Part shown: piece after piece, positions 17,901-26,934 of the stretch
Numbering within the stretch: position 1 is the first letter of the stretch
Layout: each line of letters starts with the position of its first letter
Origin: a virus
Lineage: Duplodnaviria > Caudoviricetes
Virus record (IMG/VR): IMGVR_UViG_3300005719_000012
Location: 3,695 to 67,694 of that record
Length of the DNA stretch: 64,000 nt
Reading direction: 5' to 3' (one strand)
The notes under the pieces: model-generated
The model's input: only the letters and a program-made list of their open reading frames with translations
The model's database searches: none
Told to the model about the DNA's origin: nothing
Translations under genes and position numbers: made by a program

Positions 17901-20152
17901 TCGGTGCGAATTCGGACGGTTCTATTATCGTCAAATCGCTGATCGATAACGTCGGTCGCGTGTTCAAGACGATGTCTGAAGCGCTGGACTATGCGAAGGT
18001 ACAGGCACTTAAATTCGCTACGTTCTCAGATCAGGTATCAGAACTTGTCAAGGCGGCAATTCTCAAGTCCCGCGCAACGACGACAGAGGGGCTACAAGCT
18101 GATATCGACTTTGCTAATCGGCTCGTGACGCAAAACCTATCTGAAATCGAGCAACAGTTTCACTCGTTCTTGCAGACGTTCGTGGAGGATTTTCATCATT
18201 TGCTCGATTTGTTTGGGCCTGGCTCGTTACGGAGCTTGAGTGATTTTACACAACTGGGCGCCGCTGCCGAATCCGCGATTACCAGTCTACTCGGTGGCAT
18301 TCAGGGCATGTACGATCAGCTTACCGGGCATAAAGTAGACCAAGACGCGATAGATGAGCGAAACCGGGTTGCGTTTAATGCGCAGCGGGCTATTGTTATT
18401 GCCCAACTGACTCTGCTGTATGAAGAGATCAAGGCGCGAATCGCCGAGTATCAGGTGCGTTTGCGGATCTTGCAGTCCGGTGTTCTCGGTGGCGGTGGTG
18501 GTACTGACGCAGGAACGCCTAACACAAACGATTCAGGCTCGCGATCGAAGGGCGGTGGCGTACTTACGCGTGACGATCGCAACCCCACCGGCGATAGCGG
18601 GTTGGCAGCTTTATTACAAGTATTGGACAATCTTGCTCGTGCCATGCAAGGGCTGCCTCCTGAGATCGCGCCCGGCGGTGTACATCGCGGCGGCGGCGGC
18701 CGTGGAGCCGCAAGCCGCGACTCCGTGCAGTCGTTCATTGACGATAGGCGTTTTCAATTATCGCTATCGGCGCTTGATGATTTCCATCGGCAGCTTAAGC
18801 AGATCGAACATGACTACGCGGCACAGATTACGGCGGCAGGTAAGGACAAGAAATTACGTGAGCAGTTACTCGCTCTACAGCAGCAAGAGACAGCAGCGGC
18901 GGTCAAAGCGCACGAAGAGGAAGTTGCTGCTCGACAGGCCGAATTGCGCACCGAGTTTGGTCGCTTGGTCGCGCCTGACGCATTCGAGCAGGCTACTCGC
19001 CAATTCGAGGACATGAAAAAGGAGATCGAGAAAGCCGGATTCGGCGCGGACGAAACCGCAAAGATGATCGCCGGGCTAACTGCGGCAGAAATCGACGCGA
19101 TAAACAAGCTCGCGGATCAGCAATTCTCGTCGCTGGTTGGCGATTTGTCTAATATTATCGCAGAGAGCGAAACCAACGCGGAGCAAAATAAGTTGCATAA
19201 TGAGTTGCTGCGCGCGCAGGAGATTATCAACTATCAGATGAAGATGGTACAATTGCGTGCTGATTATGCAATAGTCAGGGCGAAGGGGTTGCTAACTCAA
19301 CAGGAGTTGGCGCTACTCGACAAAGCTTTCGGCTGGATCGACGCGAACGCGAATATTCTGCCCGGCGGGGCCGACTGGGCGCCGAGTTTCGAGCGCGTAT
19401 CTACCGCTGCGTCGGACATGTCTTCTGCGGCCGCGAATCAGAACGACGCCGCGGACAGGTTACGTACCGCGGTCGAATCACTTATCGATTATCAAACGTC
19501 GCTGCATACGGATGCGTCGCTAGGGCTTGTCGATCCTCGCACCGCGCTTGATAACTCGCGCGCAGATTACGAAGCGAATCGCGTAAAAGCACTTGCCGGC
19601 GACGTGGACGCGATTAGCAAATTCAAAGATTTCGCGGAGACGTATCGCCGCAATCTCGTGGGCTTCTCGCCTTCGTCTGAGCTTACGGCGTCGGTGTTGT
19701 CGGGCATAGACGACACGATTAACCGCATCCGGGGGTTACGCTCGGTACAAGCTGCGTTGTCGTCCGACGGACAGGCAATCGTCGGAGGCTTGAACGCGGT
19801 ATCGTCGGGTGTGGCGATGGTTTACTCGGTCGCGGCAGCGGTAAATGATAATACGAAAGAGACAAAAGACGCGATTCAAGCGCTCACGCCAGATGCGATT
19901 GCGGACGCGGCGAAATCGAAACAAGCGGATTATCTCAGTGCGACGTTGGCAGCGCAACAGTCTTCCGCGGCGGCGTTACGGACGGTGTCGGATGATATCA
20001 AGGCGCTAGGCGCGAATATCCTTGCTTGGCGGACCGAATCGCGCGGGAACGTCGATGAGGCGTACGGGCAATTGCAAGAAGCGAACGGGAAATTAGCGGC
20101 AATTGCCGCGAATACGAAACACGCAAGGAAACTCGCGGGTACAGGTGGATAA
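14918..20152 (+). CDS. Tape measure protein
   Basis: 1744 aa Ala/Leu-rich helical protein after the chaperones; AATVNVGTLEGLLRWKAD start. Implies a tail of about 260 nm at about 0.15 nm per residue. Confidence 0.9.
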   Translation: MAATVNVGTLEGLLRWKADDADVQRSLNTIASKANISRTTLFEYGKELVGVEKAYKRVAASIDPAVAAEQKLETATRALNAALKANLIDQQKYNAQLDLARAKYTSAQNPLDLLKGRVGELSGKVGELGGVIARFGGSAGAGLASVASSLTGIGSAATGAIASLGPLLPVIAGLAAAAALVTVGFKGFEALKDIVSDGMETEKILNKLNATMKLNGSISGMSSRQLNDQAEKWALLTGRQDDEILTMDTVLSRYDKLTKDTFPRAQVAALNLAKITGGDLAGASEKVGILLSGGTRSLNAFREAGIVLTAGQTTMLKKLVETGQGAEYVAKVMELLEGKLGTNIKTADTLEKGMKNVRYIYGEFREAIAGELIPALEHFFYSLVKQLGGWENILIVATKVGGVISRTLANMVYSAETAYHAWMVATGTLVTTLSRQFGDLAHTILEIPLRIADGFSKLPIPIAPAFAAAAAGIRQMQMTTDALFLGAEAKSRAFLQSQKSELADTIKSWKEHKSAVEGTDEIYKRTGNATSDLVARNKELEAALKAVNSAIDAATKAYDSLNNTIDAQAQKIGEEISDRTRLISALMAGTDAYEKERVAIAAEKQIRSDLAAVQKSYQAAVEAANKAVDLATEKFGAQSAKALEARTILAQIVATYGSAVSGLKELSAANIASARALEEEKQKWKDIDAAVKSYGAAIEAVLKRTAEFNRQLAVDQASLADQKARIDLETRYGTVVADLAVRLGAVSDSTRKVRIEAEALNNVRAAARQGLTLDLEAEIQKLTLQDAQLQAIKKQQALLEIKADVWRPVTDGFQTASGIILDGIFSWKGSAKDVASDIAHNLIDFLVKAFQEILQRWITLQMTMAAVERSRLLSNAAIGNASAASGAGVTGLQSVGLTSIGSATTGNASMGASLSQWGTYAAYGFLAWVGFKIVEGWTKARTKYGEASIGGSTSGDRRIASQISQTITDLVQQVTDLALQWHLGLVSLTRGSVTIGANSDGSIIVKSLIDNVGRVFKTMSEALDYAKVQALKFATFSDQVSELVKAAILKSRATTTEGLQADIDFANRLVTQNLSEIEQQFHSFLQTFVEDFHHLLDLFGPGSLRSLSDFTQLGAAAESAITSLLGGIQGMYDQLTGHKVDQDAIDERNRVAFNAQRAIVIAQLTLLYEEIKARIAEYQVRLRILQSGVLGGGGGTDAGTPNTNDSGSRSKGGGVLTRDDRNPTGDSGLAALLQVLDNLARAMQGLPPEIAPGGVHRGGGGRGAASRDSVQSFIDDRRFQLSLSALDDFHRQLKQIEHDYAAQITAAGKDKKLREQLLALQQQETAAAVKAHEEEVAARQAELRTEFGRLVAPDAFEQATRQFEDMKKEIEKAGFGADETAKMIAGLTAAEIDAINKLADQQFSSLVGDLSNIIAESETNAEQNKLHNELLRAQEIINYQMKMVQLRADYAIVRAKGLLTQQELALLDKAFGWIDANANILPGGADWAPSFERVSTAASDMSSAAANQNDAADRLRTAVESLIDYQTSLHTDASLGLVDPRTALDNSRADYEANRVKALAGDVDAISKFKDFAETYRRNLVGFSPSSELTASVLSGIDDTINRIRGLRSVQAALSSDGQAIVGGLNAVSSGVAMVYSVAAAVNDNTKETKDAIQALTPDAIADAAKSKQADYLSATLAAQQSSAAALRTVSDDIKALGANILAWRTESRGNVDEAYGQLQEANGKLAAIAANTKHARKLAGTGG

Positions 20153-20169
20153 GCTCAAACAATAAAAAT

Positions 20170-20197
20170 CCCGAGAGGTATATCCGCACCTCTCGGG
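20170..20197 (-). terminator. Rho-independent terminator
   Basis: Perfect 10-bp stem CCCGAGAGGT/ACCTCTCGGG with an 8-nt loop, followed on the minus strand by a T-rich tract. Sits between the convergent tape measure and minus-strand genes. Confidence 0.75.
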
Positions 20198-20222
20198 TCG
20201 GAGACTGTCTCTCGCACCCCTC

Positions 20223-20678
20223 TTAGCCGCGAATCTGGCCCTCCGCCAGCCCGGTTTCCGCTCCCGTGGCTGTCGTCTCGCTCGGAGCCGCGGGCGTGGA
20301 CGTAGACGTGACCGTGCCGGCAGAAGTCGTACCGCTGATACCGCCTAGCAACGCTTCGATTCGCTGGTCGATCGCCGCGATCTTTGCCGTAGCGGTTGCG
20401 ACAGCTTCGTCGTCGCTGTTCGCGCGAGCCGTATCCAGCTCATTTCGCAGCGTGGCCACTTGGGCCTTGAGGTCCCGTACTTCGCCTTCGACTGACGTGA
20501 CATCGCTGTCCAGGTCCGTGATCTTCTCATTCAACTTGTCCGTCGCTTCACTCATTCGCTTGATCTCCTTTTCGAGTACCATGATTCGTTTCGTGTGCTC
20601 GTCTACTTGTGCGCGGTCGATTGCAACTGCTCGCCAGAGGGTACGTAAGAACCATTCGCTAAGTTTGTTTTGTGACGT
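20223..20678 (-). CDS. Coiled-coil protein with Thr/Ser/Ala-rich tail, antisense to the tail operon
   Basis: Heptad-rich translation. Strong SD AAGGAGG lies 6 nt before an ACG codon at 20678; an alternative ATG gives MSEATDKL. Confidence 0.65.
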   Translation of the reverse strand, partial: TSQNKLSEWFLRTLWRAVAIDRAQVDEHTKRIMVLEKEIKRMSEATDKLNEKITDLDSDVTSVEGEVRDLKAQVATLRNELDTARANSDDEAVATATAKIAAIDQRIEALLGGISGTTSAGTVTSTSTPAAPSETTATGAETGLAEGQIRG

Positions 20679-20709
20679 CGGGCGCCTCCTTTCTTTTCTC
20701 TCGGCACTA

Positions 20710-20739
20710 TTGTAACACAAGCTCCGCCCGTGATATACT
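20710..20739 (+). promoter_or_regulatory. Sigma70-type promoter, probably giving a leaderless mRNA
   Basis: TTGTAA-18-TATACT with an extended TG; ATG 20747 is 7 nt downstream and has no SD. Confidence 0.55.
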
Positions 20740-20746
20740 TCCGCCT

Positions 20747-23152
20747 ATGCTCTTCGGCCTAGAGCCCTTCGGCCTGTCCTCGTTCGGCCTTCGCTACGAT
20801 CCGACATCGGACTTGTCTGTCGCGAATCCTTTAGCGGGATTGTTATCCGACACGTCCCTGCGTCGGTCCTATCTCGTATACGCTACACCGCTAAACCCCC
20901 AGATCGGCGCCCGCGAAGTCGTCAAGCTCGGCGACGGGTTCGCATCTCAATCGGACGACATGCTCCCTTCTCCTTTTCTCTCATCTCTGCCGCACGCACT
21001 ATTCAAAGCTGGGCTTATTGCGCCGTACTCATCGACAAATCGCGTAATGTCCGATGGCCAAATCATCGAAAGCGCTTTGCCGTCACAAGGCGAAATGTCT
21101 TTTGAGACAAACACGAAACGTCTTGCGGAATTGCGATCGCTCGAATGGGACCTTGCGCCAGTCGCGGTACTTATCGGACAGCCGGAATCGCGACTGTCGG
21201 AATTCGTAACGATTTATAACGGTGTCGCGGGAACGGTTAATACGTCGTCTACATCGGAATGCTCCGTTCCGCTACTCGACAAGACACATAGACTCAAGAC
21301 GCCGATTATCACGGAAACGTATCGCGGGTCGGGCGCTGCATTACGCGGCAACGGGACGTCTACCTTCGCGTCAGGAACGTGTGTGTTTCCTGCCGGATCG
21401 ATGACCGTTGAAGTGTGGATCAGGCCGCGAACTTCCTCGACGGTGCAAAAGGATATACTAGGCTGGCGGAATGGCACATCCGCAGGACTTCGCGCACTGC
21501 GACTCATCGCAGGGTCTCTCAACAACACTCCGGCAGCCATAGTTAGAAACGATGCCGGTACCGTGTTCACACTTGCGGCGACTTCTAGTGGCTCGTTTGT
21601 TCTCACAACCGCGATCATGTATCATATAGCGTTCGTGCTGGATGCGGCCAATTTAACGTTGACGTTGGTCATTGATCTAGACAATCTCACTCAAAGCGTC
21701 TATACGATGCCGGTTTCTGGCACGTTTACGACTGTGCTTTCCAATTTTACGCTTTTGCGAACGCCCGACGCATCGGCTAACTTTGCAGATGTTGATATCG
21801 ATGAGGTTAGGATTTTCTCGCGAGCGCTTTCGATCGATGAAATCAACGCGAACCGCGACCGGCAGTTATCCGATCCGGCGACGACGGCCGACTATTACAA
21901 AATAGACGAAGGCACAGGCTCAACGTTATTTGACTCGGGCCCCGGCGCGCATAATCTCACGATCTCGGGCACGGTCAAATGGGTCGGATCGCTTGAAGGT
22001 AATAGCGATCTTGTAGGGCAATATCCGCCTTTGTGGGAAGGCAAGCGGAGGCAAATCGAGCCGGTTAACGTCGATTCGCAGAATTACGTTTATGAAGTCT
22101 CGCGCAATCCCGCGACAACGACGGTTACGGTTGCGGACGTTGCTGATAAAGGCGATCCTACATACATAATCGACGCGCCCGTCGCCGACATCTACGATTG
22201 GACACCCGTAGCGGGACATTGCGTCGTCTCACGAATGGGCGCGCGGACGTTACTACGGTTACAGGCACCACCACAAGGAGCGTTGACTGCCACTGCCACG
22301 ACCGACACGACGGATTTTGCCGGTATCATCCGTAAGCTCGCGCAACGCTATCCAGTCGCGGCGAATCGATTCACGGATGCGGAAATCGACTTAGTAGCGT
22401 TCGCGCGAACCTCCGCGAGCTATCCGCAGATCGGCGGTATTGGTGTTCGTGGCGAAAATCCTACTATCTGGGATCTCATGCAAGAGCTTGCAAAAAAGTC
22501 AGGCGCATGGTTGACTGTACGACGATCCGGCGAGCTTACGTTGCACGTGCTTGAGGAGCCGAGCGCGCCGAAGTTTTTCTTGAACGAAAATGACGTTATC
22601 TCCGGCGCCGTCTCGCTGCTCAACAAGACGCTAGCGGTGAAACGCACAACGCTCAATTACCGGCCTTATCAGACAACACAGCAGGCGACAAACCTTGCGA
22701 CGTCGTTATCTCAAGCAACGAAAGCGGACTTGGCAAAACCGTTCCGGAGCGTATCGACGCCTCTGTCGCCTGCCGTTCTCACGTCCCGCGCATCCGCACT
22801 CGACCTACTTCAAGATACCCTTTACGACGACGGCCAGCAGGCGTATACTGAAGCAGTCAGGCGGCAGGCGCTATGGGGCGTTAACCGTGCGACATATTCG
22901 CTACCGTTATCGCGAGGGTTATATCAGTATTCAATCGGTGACGTCATTGGTGTTACGATACGAGCCGAAGACGGACAGTATGTTGAGAACTTACGTAACG
23001 CGGTTTTAGTTATCGTCGGGTACTCAGAAGACGCGAGCAACAACGCGATCACGTTAGAGGGTTGGGGGTTGTATTACACCGAGATTTACCTGATTACCGA
23101 TGATGGCGAAGTTTTGATCACCGACGACGGCAGAGGATTGGTGATCGATTAA
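20747..23152 (+). CDS. Tail tip hub-like protein with inserted LamG/ConA-like domain
   Basis: SMTVEVWIRP, YHIAFVLD, DIDEVRIFSRALSIDEI and YYKIDEGTGSTLFDSG are LamG signatures. The flanks resemble tail hub proteins. Confidence 0.75.
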   Translation: MLFGLEPFGLSSFGLRYDPTSDLSVANPLAGLLSDTSLRRSYLVYATPLNPQIGAREVVKLGDGFASQSDDMLPSPFLSSLPHALFKAGLIAPYSSTNRVMSDGQIIESALPSQGEMSFETNTKRLAELRSLEWDLAPVAVLIGQPESRLSEFVTIYNGVAGTVNTSSTSECSVPLLDKTHRLKTPIITETYRGSGAALRGNGTSTFASGTCVFPAGSMTVEVWIRPRTSSTVQKDILGWRNGTSAGLRALRLIAGSLNNTPAAIVRNDAGTVFTLAATSSGSFVLTTAIMYHIAFVLDAANLTLTLVIDLDNLTQSVYTMPVSGTFTTVLSNFTLLRTPDASANFADVDIDEVRIFSRALSIDEINANRDRQLSDPATTADYYKIDEGTGSTLFDSGPGAHNLTISGTVKWVGSLEGNSDLVGQYPPLWEGKRRQIEPVNVDSQNYVYEVSRNPATTTVTVADVADKGDPTYIIDAPVADIYDWTPVAGHCVVSRMGARTLLRLQAPPQGALTATATTDTTDFAGIIRKLAQRYPVAANRFTDAEIDLVAFARTSASYPQIGGIGVRGENPTIWDLMQELAKKSGAWLTVRRSGELTLHVLEEPSAPKFFLNENDVISGAVSLLNKTLAVKRTTLNYRPYQTTQQATNLATSLSQATKADLAKPFRSVSTPLSPAVLTSRASALDLLQDTLYDDGQQAYTEAVRRQALWGVNRATYSLPLSRGLYQYSIGDVIGVTIRAEDGQYVENLRNAVLVIVGYSEDASNNAITLEGWGLYYTEIYLITDDGEVLITDDGRGLVID

Positions 23153-23193
23153 TCGATGAATAGCGAACATTTCGCAACGGAAAGGAATAAGAT

Positions 23194-23439
23194 ATGACCA
23201 TTCAAGAACGGATACGTGCTGTCACGGCCTACAGGAAGTATTCAGACGACTGGCGCGATAGAGTTCTGTACCTCATACATCATACTGTAGGGGAACTCGT
23301 ATATCGCATCTGCTGTGTTGTAGGGTTGCATAGACTCGGTGCGCGTTTCTATTGGTATACTGATCCGGCATCAAAGAAATTCCATTGGGCGTGGATGCAG
23401 AATCAAACTGAATGGATTGAGCAGGACGTTTCCGAATGA
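23194..23439 (+). CDS. Hypothetical protein (Trp-rich)
   Basis: RBS aaggaa; 81 aa. Confidence 0.5.
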   Translation: MTIQERIRAVTAYRKYSDDWRDRVLYLIHHTVGELVYRICCVVGLHRLGARFYWYTDPASKKFHWAWMQNQTEWIEQDVSE

Positions 23440-23473
23440 TCGATACTAATCTGGAACCAAGAAGGCAAAGATT

Positions 23474-23674
23474 ATGCTAGACAAATCATGGGGCACTTTG
23501 GGCGAGCTTCTCAATCCTGATAAACCGGAACACCCAGTAGTGAAAGCTGAATACGACAGGCATGCAGCTTGGGGCCATGAACTGGTCGAGATCACTACTC
23601 ACGACGCCAAATATAAAAGCTATTTATGCAGTTGTGGAATTGGACTCTCTGCGGATCGTTATGGAGGAGGTTAA
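23474..23674 (+). CDS. Hypothetical protein
   Basis: 66 aa; H..H...CxC tail. Confidence 0.5.
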   Translation: MLDKSWGTLGELLNPDKPEHPVVKAEYDRHAAWGHELVEITTHDAKYKSYLCSCGIGLSADRYGGG

Positions 23675-23682
23675 AAAAAGAA

Positions 23683-23871
23683 ATGGGAAACACAATCGAG
23701 ATCACGGAAGCGACGGATGAAGAACGAGCTGTACTGGCCCGATTCGGATTCATTGTCGGCGAGAAATACGTAAGGCCCCCAAATCGCTCTGGACTACTAG
23801 CGATAATCAAGGAGCACAACCGGATGACGGATCTGGAATCTGTCGCGGTAGACAACGATGATACCTACTGA
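23683..23871 (+). CDS. Hypothetical protein
   Basis: SD ggagg; starts MGNTIEITEAT; overlaps the next gene. Confidence 0.5.
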   Translation: MGNTIEITEATDEERAVLARFGFIVGEKYVRPPNRSGLLAIIKEHNRMTDLESVAVDNDDTY

Positions 23872-24712
23872 TCGCGACTGGCTGCTGATTTCCGATCGCC
23901 TATCCCGCTGGGCGGATTTATCATCATCATCGGTTACGGCCGCGGACATGCCACTGGCGAATATGGTCTCGTCGCAGCAGCCGACAGATCGCTGCCGGTT
24001 TATTGATCTCGGATCGCCGATCGAATTTACAGTAGACTTGTCCGCGGCAATGTCGGCACAGGGCGTGACGTCGTACCGCTGCATCGTGCTTGCGTATAAT
24101 AATTCGTCCGCGGATGGGACATTCTCGGTATTCGGGAATCTCGGATTCACGATAATCGACGCGCCATTGTGGCCAACTCCTGACTGCGGGCGATTCAAGC
24201 GGATTCATTCGTATATTTATGTTCCCGCTGGCATACCGGACACGTTTTTGACCATATCGATTAACGACCCGAACCCGCGGCGGCCGGTCATCAGCGCGTC
24301 AGGATTCGCGGCCGCGGATTACTTTGAAATCGGTAATCTCTTGATCGATTACGGCATACGGTCGGATATCAACAACGTTGTGCGGCAGCAGGGCACAGTT
24401 ACCGAGGGCCTTGACGAAGAGTCGAAATTGATCGTTTCGGAAGGCGGGCCGACATTCCCGCGTATACGCCCGCGGTCGTCGCGCAAGTCATTCTCGTTAC
24501 GGTTTCGGAATAAACAATCGTATCGCGCGGGCATGGCACAGTTGCGTCGTGACGTTGGCGTGTCGGAAGCGGTCATGCTTATTGAAGATCTTAATGGCGC
24601 GGAGTTCGCAATGGACGGGATGGTGTATGGTTTGTTTGATGGGCTGCAAGACGTCTCGCTCGCGGATGATAACAATTTCGAGGTCGTAGTTAAAATAAGG
24701 GAGATGTTATGA
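23858..24712 (+). CDS. Distal tail/tail tip structural protein
   Basis: 284 aa beta-rich; IVLAYNNSS, YFEIGNLLI, RSSRKSFSLRF, YGLFDGL; tail-tip position. Confidence 0.6.
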   Translation: MIPTDRDWLLISDRLSRWADLSSSSVTAADMPLANMVSSQQPTDRCRFIDLGSPIEFTVDLSAAMSAQGVTSYRCIVLAYNNSSADGTFSVFGNLGFTIIDAPLWPTPDCGRFKRIHSYIYVPAGIPDTFLTISINDPNPRRPVISASGFAAADYFEIGNLLIDYGIRSDINNVVRQQGTVTEGLDEESKLIVSEGGPTFPRIRPRSSRKSFSLRFRNKQSYRAGMAQLRRDVGVSEAVMLIEDLNGAEFAMDGMVYGLFDGLQDVSLADDNNFEVVVKIREML

Positions 24713-24831
24713 GCGAACCGAGTAAACAAGAAATGCACAATGATCTTGTTATGCGAAGACTCGACAGGATCGTCATCCTACTAGAACGCATCGTTAAAAA
24801 TCTAGATATGAGCCGGAACATAGGCGGGTGA
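24709..24831 (+). CDS. 40-aa micro-ORF (MSEPSKQEMHNDLVMRRLDRIVILLERIVKNLDMSRNIGG)
   Basis: ATGA overlap and SD aaggga; fills the gap. Confidence 0.4.
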   Translation: MSEPSKQEMHNDLVMRRLDRIVILLERIVKNLDMSRNIGG

Positions 24832-24835
24832 TTAG

Positions 24836-25777
24836 ATGGCCTTTCCCGTCGTCTATCGTCCCTCGAATGGCATTTGGCAGGGTTCAACGTCCGCGACGAC
24901 CGGCGGGACGGTAACGCTTAATGTCGCCGCGGCGGCGGGCAAGCTCAACTTCCGTGACCGGTACGCGAACGGTGCAACGGGTGTGCCGCTGGAGTTGCAG
25001 GACTCGACATCGGGAGTGTACGAGTTTTCATACGGGACGTTGACTTATGGCGGCGGCGGACCTGCGACAGATACGATTTCATCCCGGGTTATTACCTACT
25101 CGTCAAATGGTCCCGCGACGCCAGTTGCGTGGGGTGCTGGCACTCGCAACGCGTGGTGCAATGTTGCCGCAGAATCGTTCCTGTTTGCCGAAAACGCGCT
25201 CGCGGAATTTAACCCGATTCAGCTAGCACACGCACAAGGAAACCTTGGGATTTCTTTTGGAGTAGACACAGGCGATATTCCTCAGCTTATTGGCACTCCT
25301 GTGGCCGGAGAGCTTCCTGTAATTGGCGGTTACAATTTAAAATCACTCCCCCCCACCTATGCCGGCGGCTTGGTCCAAGCGTATACGGGCGCGGCTAATA
25401 ACAAAATTTGCAGGTTCGTGAGCTTCAACGGCACGACAGGTGTGCTTACCGTCACGACCGCGAATGCAACCGCGACGACAGACACGGCGGCGCAGTTACG
25501 CTCGGTGTGGTGTCGCGGGTCGGATTCGAAACTATACCGCCCTGGGTCGATTGTACCGTTCACGCGCTCGCCAGCGATTGTCGCAGGGCAGGAGTATTAT
25601 CTCGGGACGGTGGGAGATCTACGCACGACACCGGTTACGGTGGACGGCGTCAATAGCCACGGGAGTATGGGGCTGGGATTCGCGAGTGGGTGGTTTTATT
25701 TTGATCCTCGCGCGGTTGTTGTCGGTGATACGGGCGGCGTGGCGTTGAAATTGGACGGCGGACATTTCGCCGCGTAA
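24836..25777 (+). CDS. Tail fibre / virion structural protein
   Basis: N-terminus TSATTGGTVTL...YEFSYGTLT...SSNG..VAWGAGTR resembles a widespread fibre-anchor domain. Confidence 0.65.
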   Translation: MAFPVVYRPSNGIWQGSTSATTGGTVTLNVAAAAGKLNFRDRYANGATGVPLELQDSTSGVYEFSYGTLTYGGGGPATDTISSRVITYSSNGPATPVAWGAGTRNAWCNVAAESFLFAENALAEFNPIQLAHAQGNLGISFGVDTGDIPQLIGTPVAGELPVIGGYNLKSLPPTYAGGLVQAYTGAANNKICRFVSFNGTTGVLTVTTANATATTDTAAQLRSVWCRGSDSKLYRPGSIVPFTRSPAIVAGQEYYLGTVGDLRTTPVTVDGVNSHGSMGLGFASGWFYFDPRAVVVGDTGGVALKLDGGHFAA

Positions 25778-25809
25778 ATTTTCGTAAGAAAAAGAAAGCG
25801 AGTTGAAGT

Positions 25810-26931
25810 GTGGGAACACCGATTCGATTACTTCCGAAAAATACGACACCGTCACTAGAAGACGAGATTGCGGAGGCGGCTGTAGGTGGCGGCACTTATC
25901 GAATTTCACTGGAGCAACTAGCTAGCTTAGTCGCTGACGTTGTAGTTTCTCTAATCGAAACTGATGGAGCTGGATTTACTGTCAGAGAAGAAACCGGCGC
26001 AACAGTTCACCCTATCACTATTATCGAAATCGGAGGCGGGCTTACCCTCGGAGATCCATCTCCCGGAATCGCGCGCATCAATCTGGACAAACACGACGCA
26101 GCGAATCATCAGGGAAACTTGTTCCCTGGAGACTCCGATCAGGACTTGGGCGCGCACGCGATCCAGATATCCGAGATCGGTGCGCCAGCCACGCCGACCG
26201 CGGGCAAGCAGACAATATTTCTCAGCAGTTCTTCTCACGAACTATCTGTCAAGAACTCCGCTGGCGTTGTGACCTCTCTGGTCTCCGCTGTTGGTGTTCA
26301 TGATCTCGCCGCTCACACCGGCAACATTATGCCCCTGGATGAGACTCAGTTTCTCGGTCAAGGTGGTGTGAGATTCTCGCCCAGCTCGATCATAAGCACG
26401 CCCAGCGGTCTCGATAAGACTCTATTCAACAACGCAGGCACTCTAAGCGTTATAGCCTTTGGCGGTGGAGTATTCCCACTTGCATACATCAAGGATCATC
26501 CATCCGTTAAGCTGACTAACGAAACTGTATCATCGTCCGCGACATTACAGGATGATGACGATCTATTCGGAGATGTCACATCGGGGCATGTCTACGCTGT
26601 CTATGTGCTGGGTTTTGTTGACAACTCCGGAGATCGAGGAATCAAGGCGGGATTCGGCGGCACTGCAACTGTCTCACTGCTTCGAGCCAATGCGCGACTA
26701 TACAGCGTTACGAATCTTGGAGATATTGCAGCAGAAACGCTTTCGTCTCTCGGAGCCACAATTGCCGGCGGGTCCGGCGCGGCATCTCCAGATCTAGAAT
26801 TGGAGATAAAGGGAACTGTCGTGGCTAGCTCTACAGGGGTTTTTAAATTCCGGTGGGCTCAGGAGTCGGCCTCCGGCTCCACAGTGCTCAAGGCCGGCTC
26901 CCGGATGCTTTTGACGGATATTACGCCGTGA
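25810..26931 (+). CDS. Minor tail / receptor-binding protein
   Basis: C-terminal KLTNETVSSSATLQDDDDL...FKFRWAQ..S..STVLKAGSRMLL module, seen in minor tail proteins. Confidence 0.65.
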   Translation: MGTPIRLLPKNTTPSLEDEIAEAAVGGGTYRISLEQLASLVADVVVSLIETDGAGFTVREETGATVHPITIIEIGGGLTLGDPSPGIARINLDKHDAANHQGNLFPGDSDQDLGAHAIQISEIGAPATPTAGKQTIFLSSSSHELSVKNSAGVVTSLVSAVGVHDLAAHTGNIMPLDETQFLGQGGVRFSPSSIISTPSGLDKTLFNNAGTLSVIAFGGGVFPLAYIKDHPSVKLTNETVSSSATLQDDDDLFGDVTSGHVYAVYVLGFVDNSGDRGIKAGFGGTATVSLLRANARLYSVTNLGDIAAETLSSLGATIAGGSGAASPDLELEIKGTVVASSTGVFKFRWAQESASGSTVLKAGSRMLLTDITP

Positions 26932-26934
26932 TCT

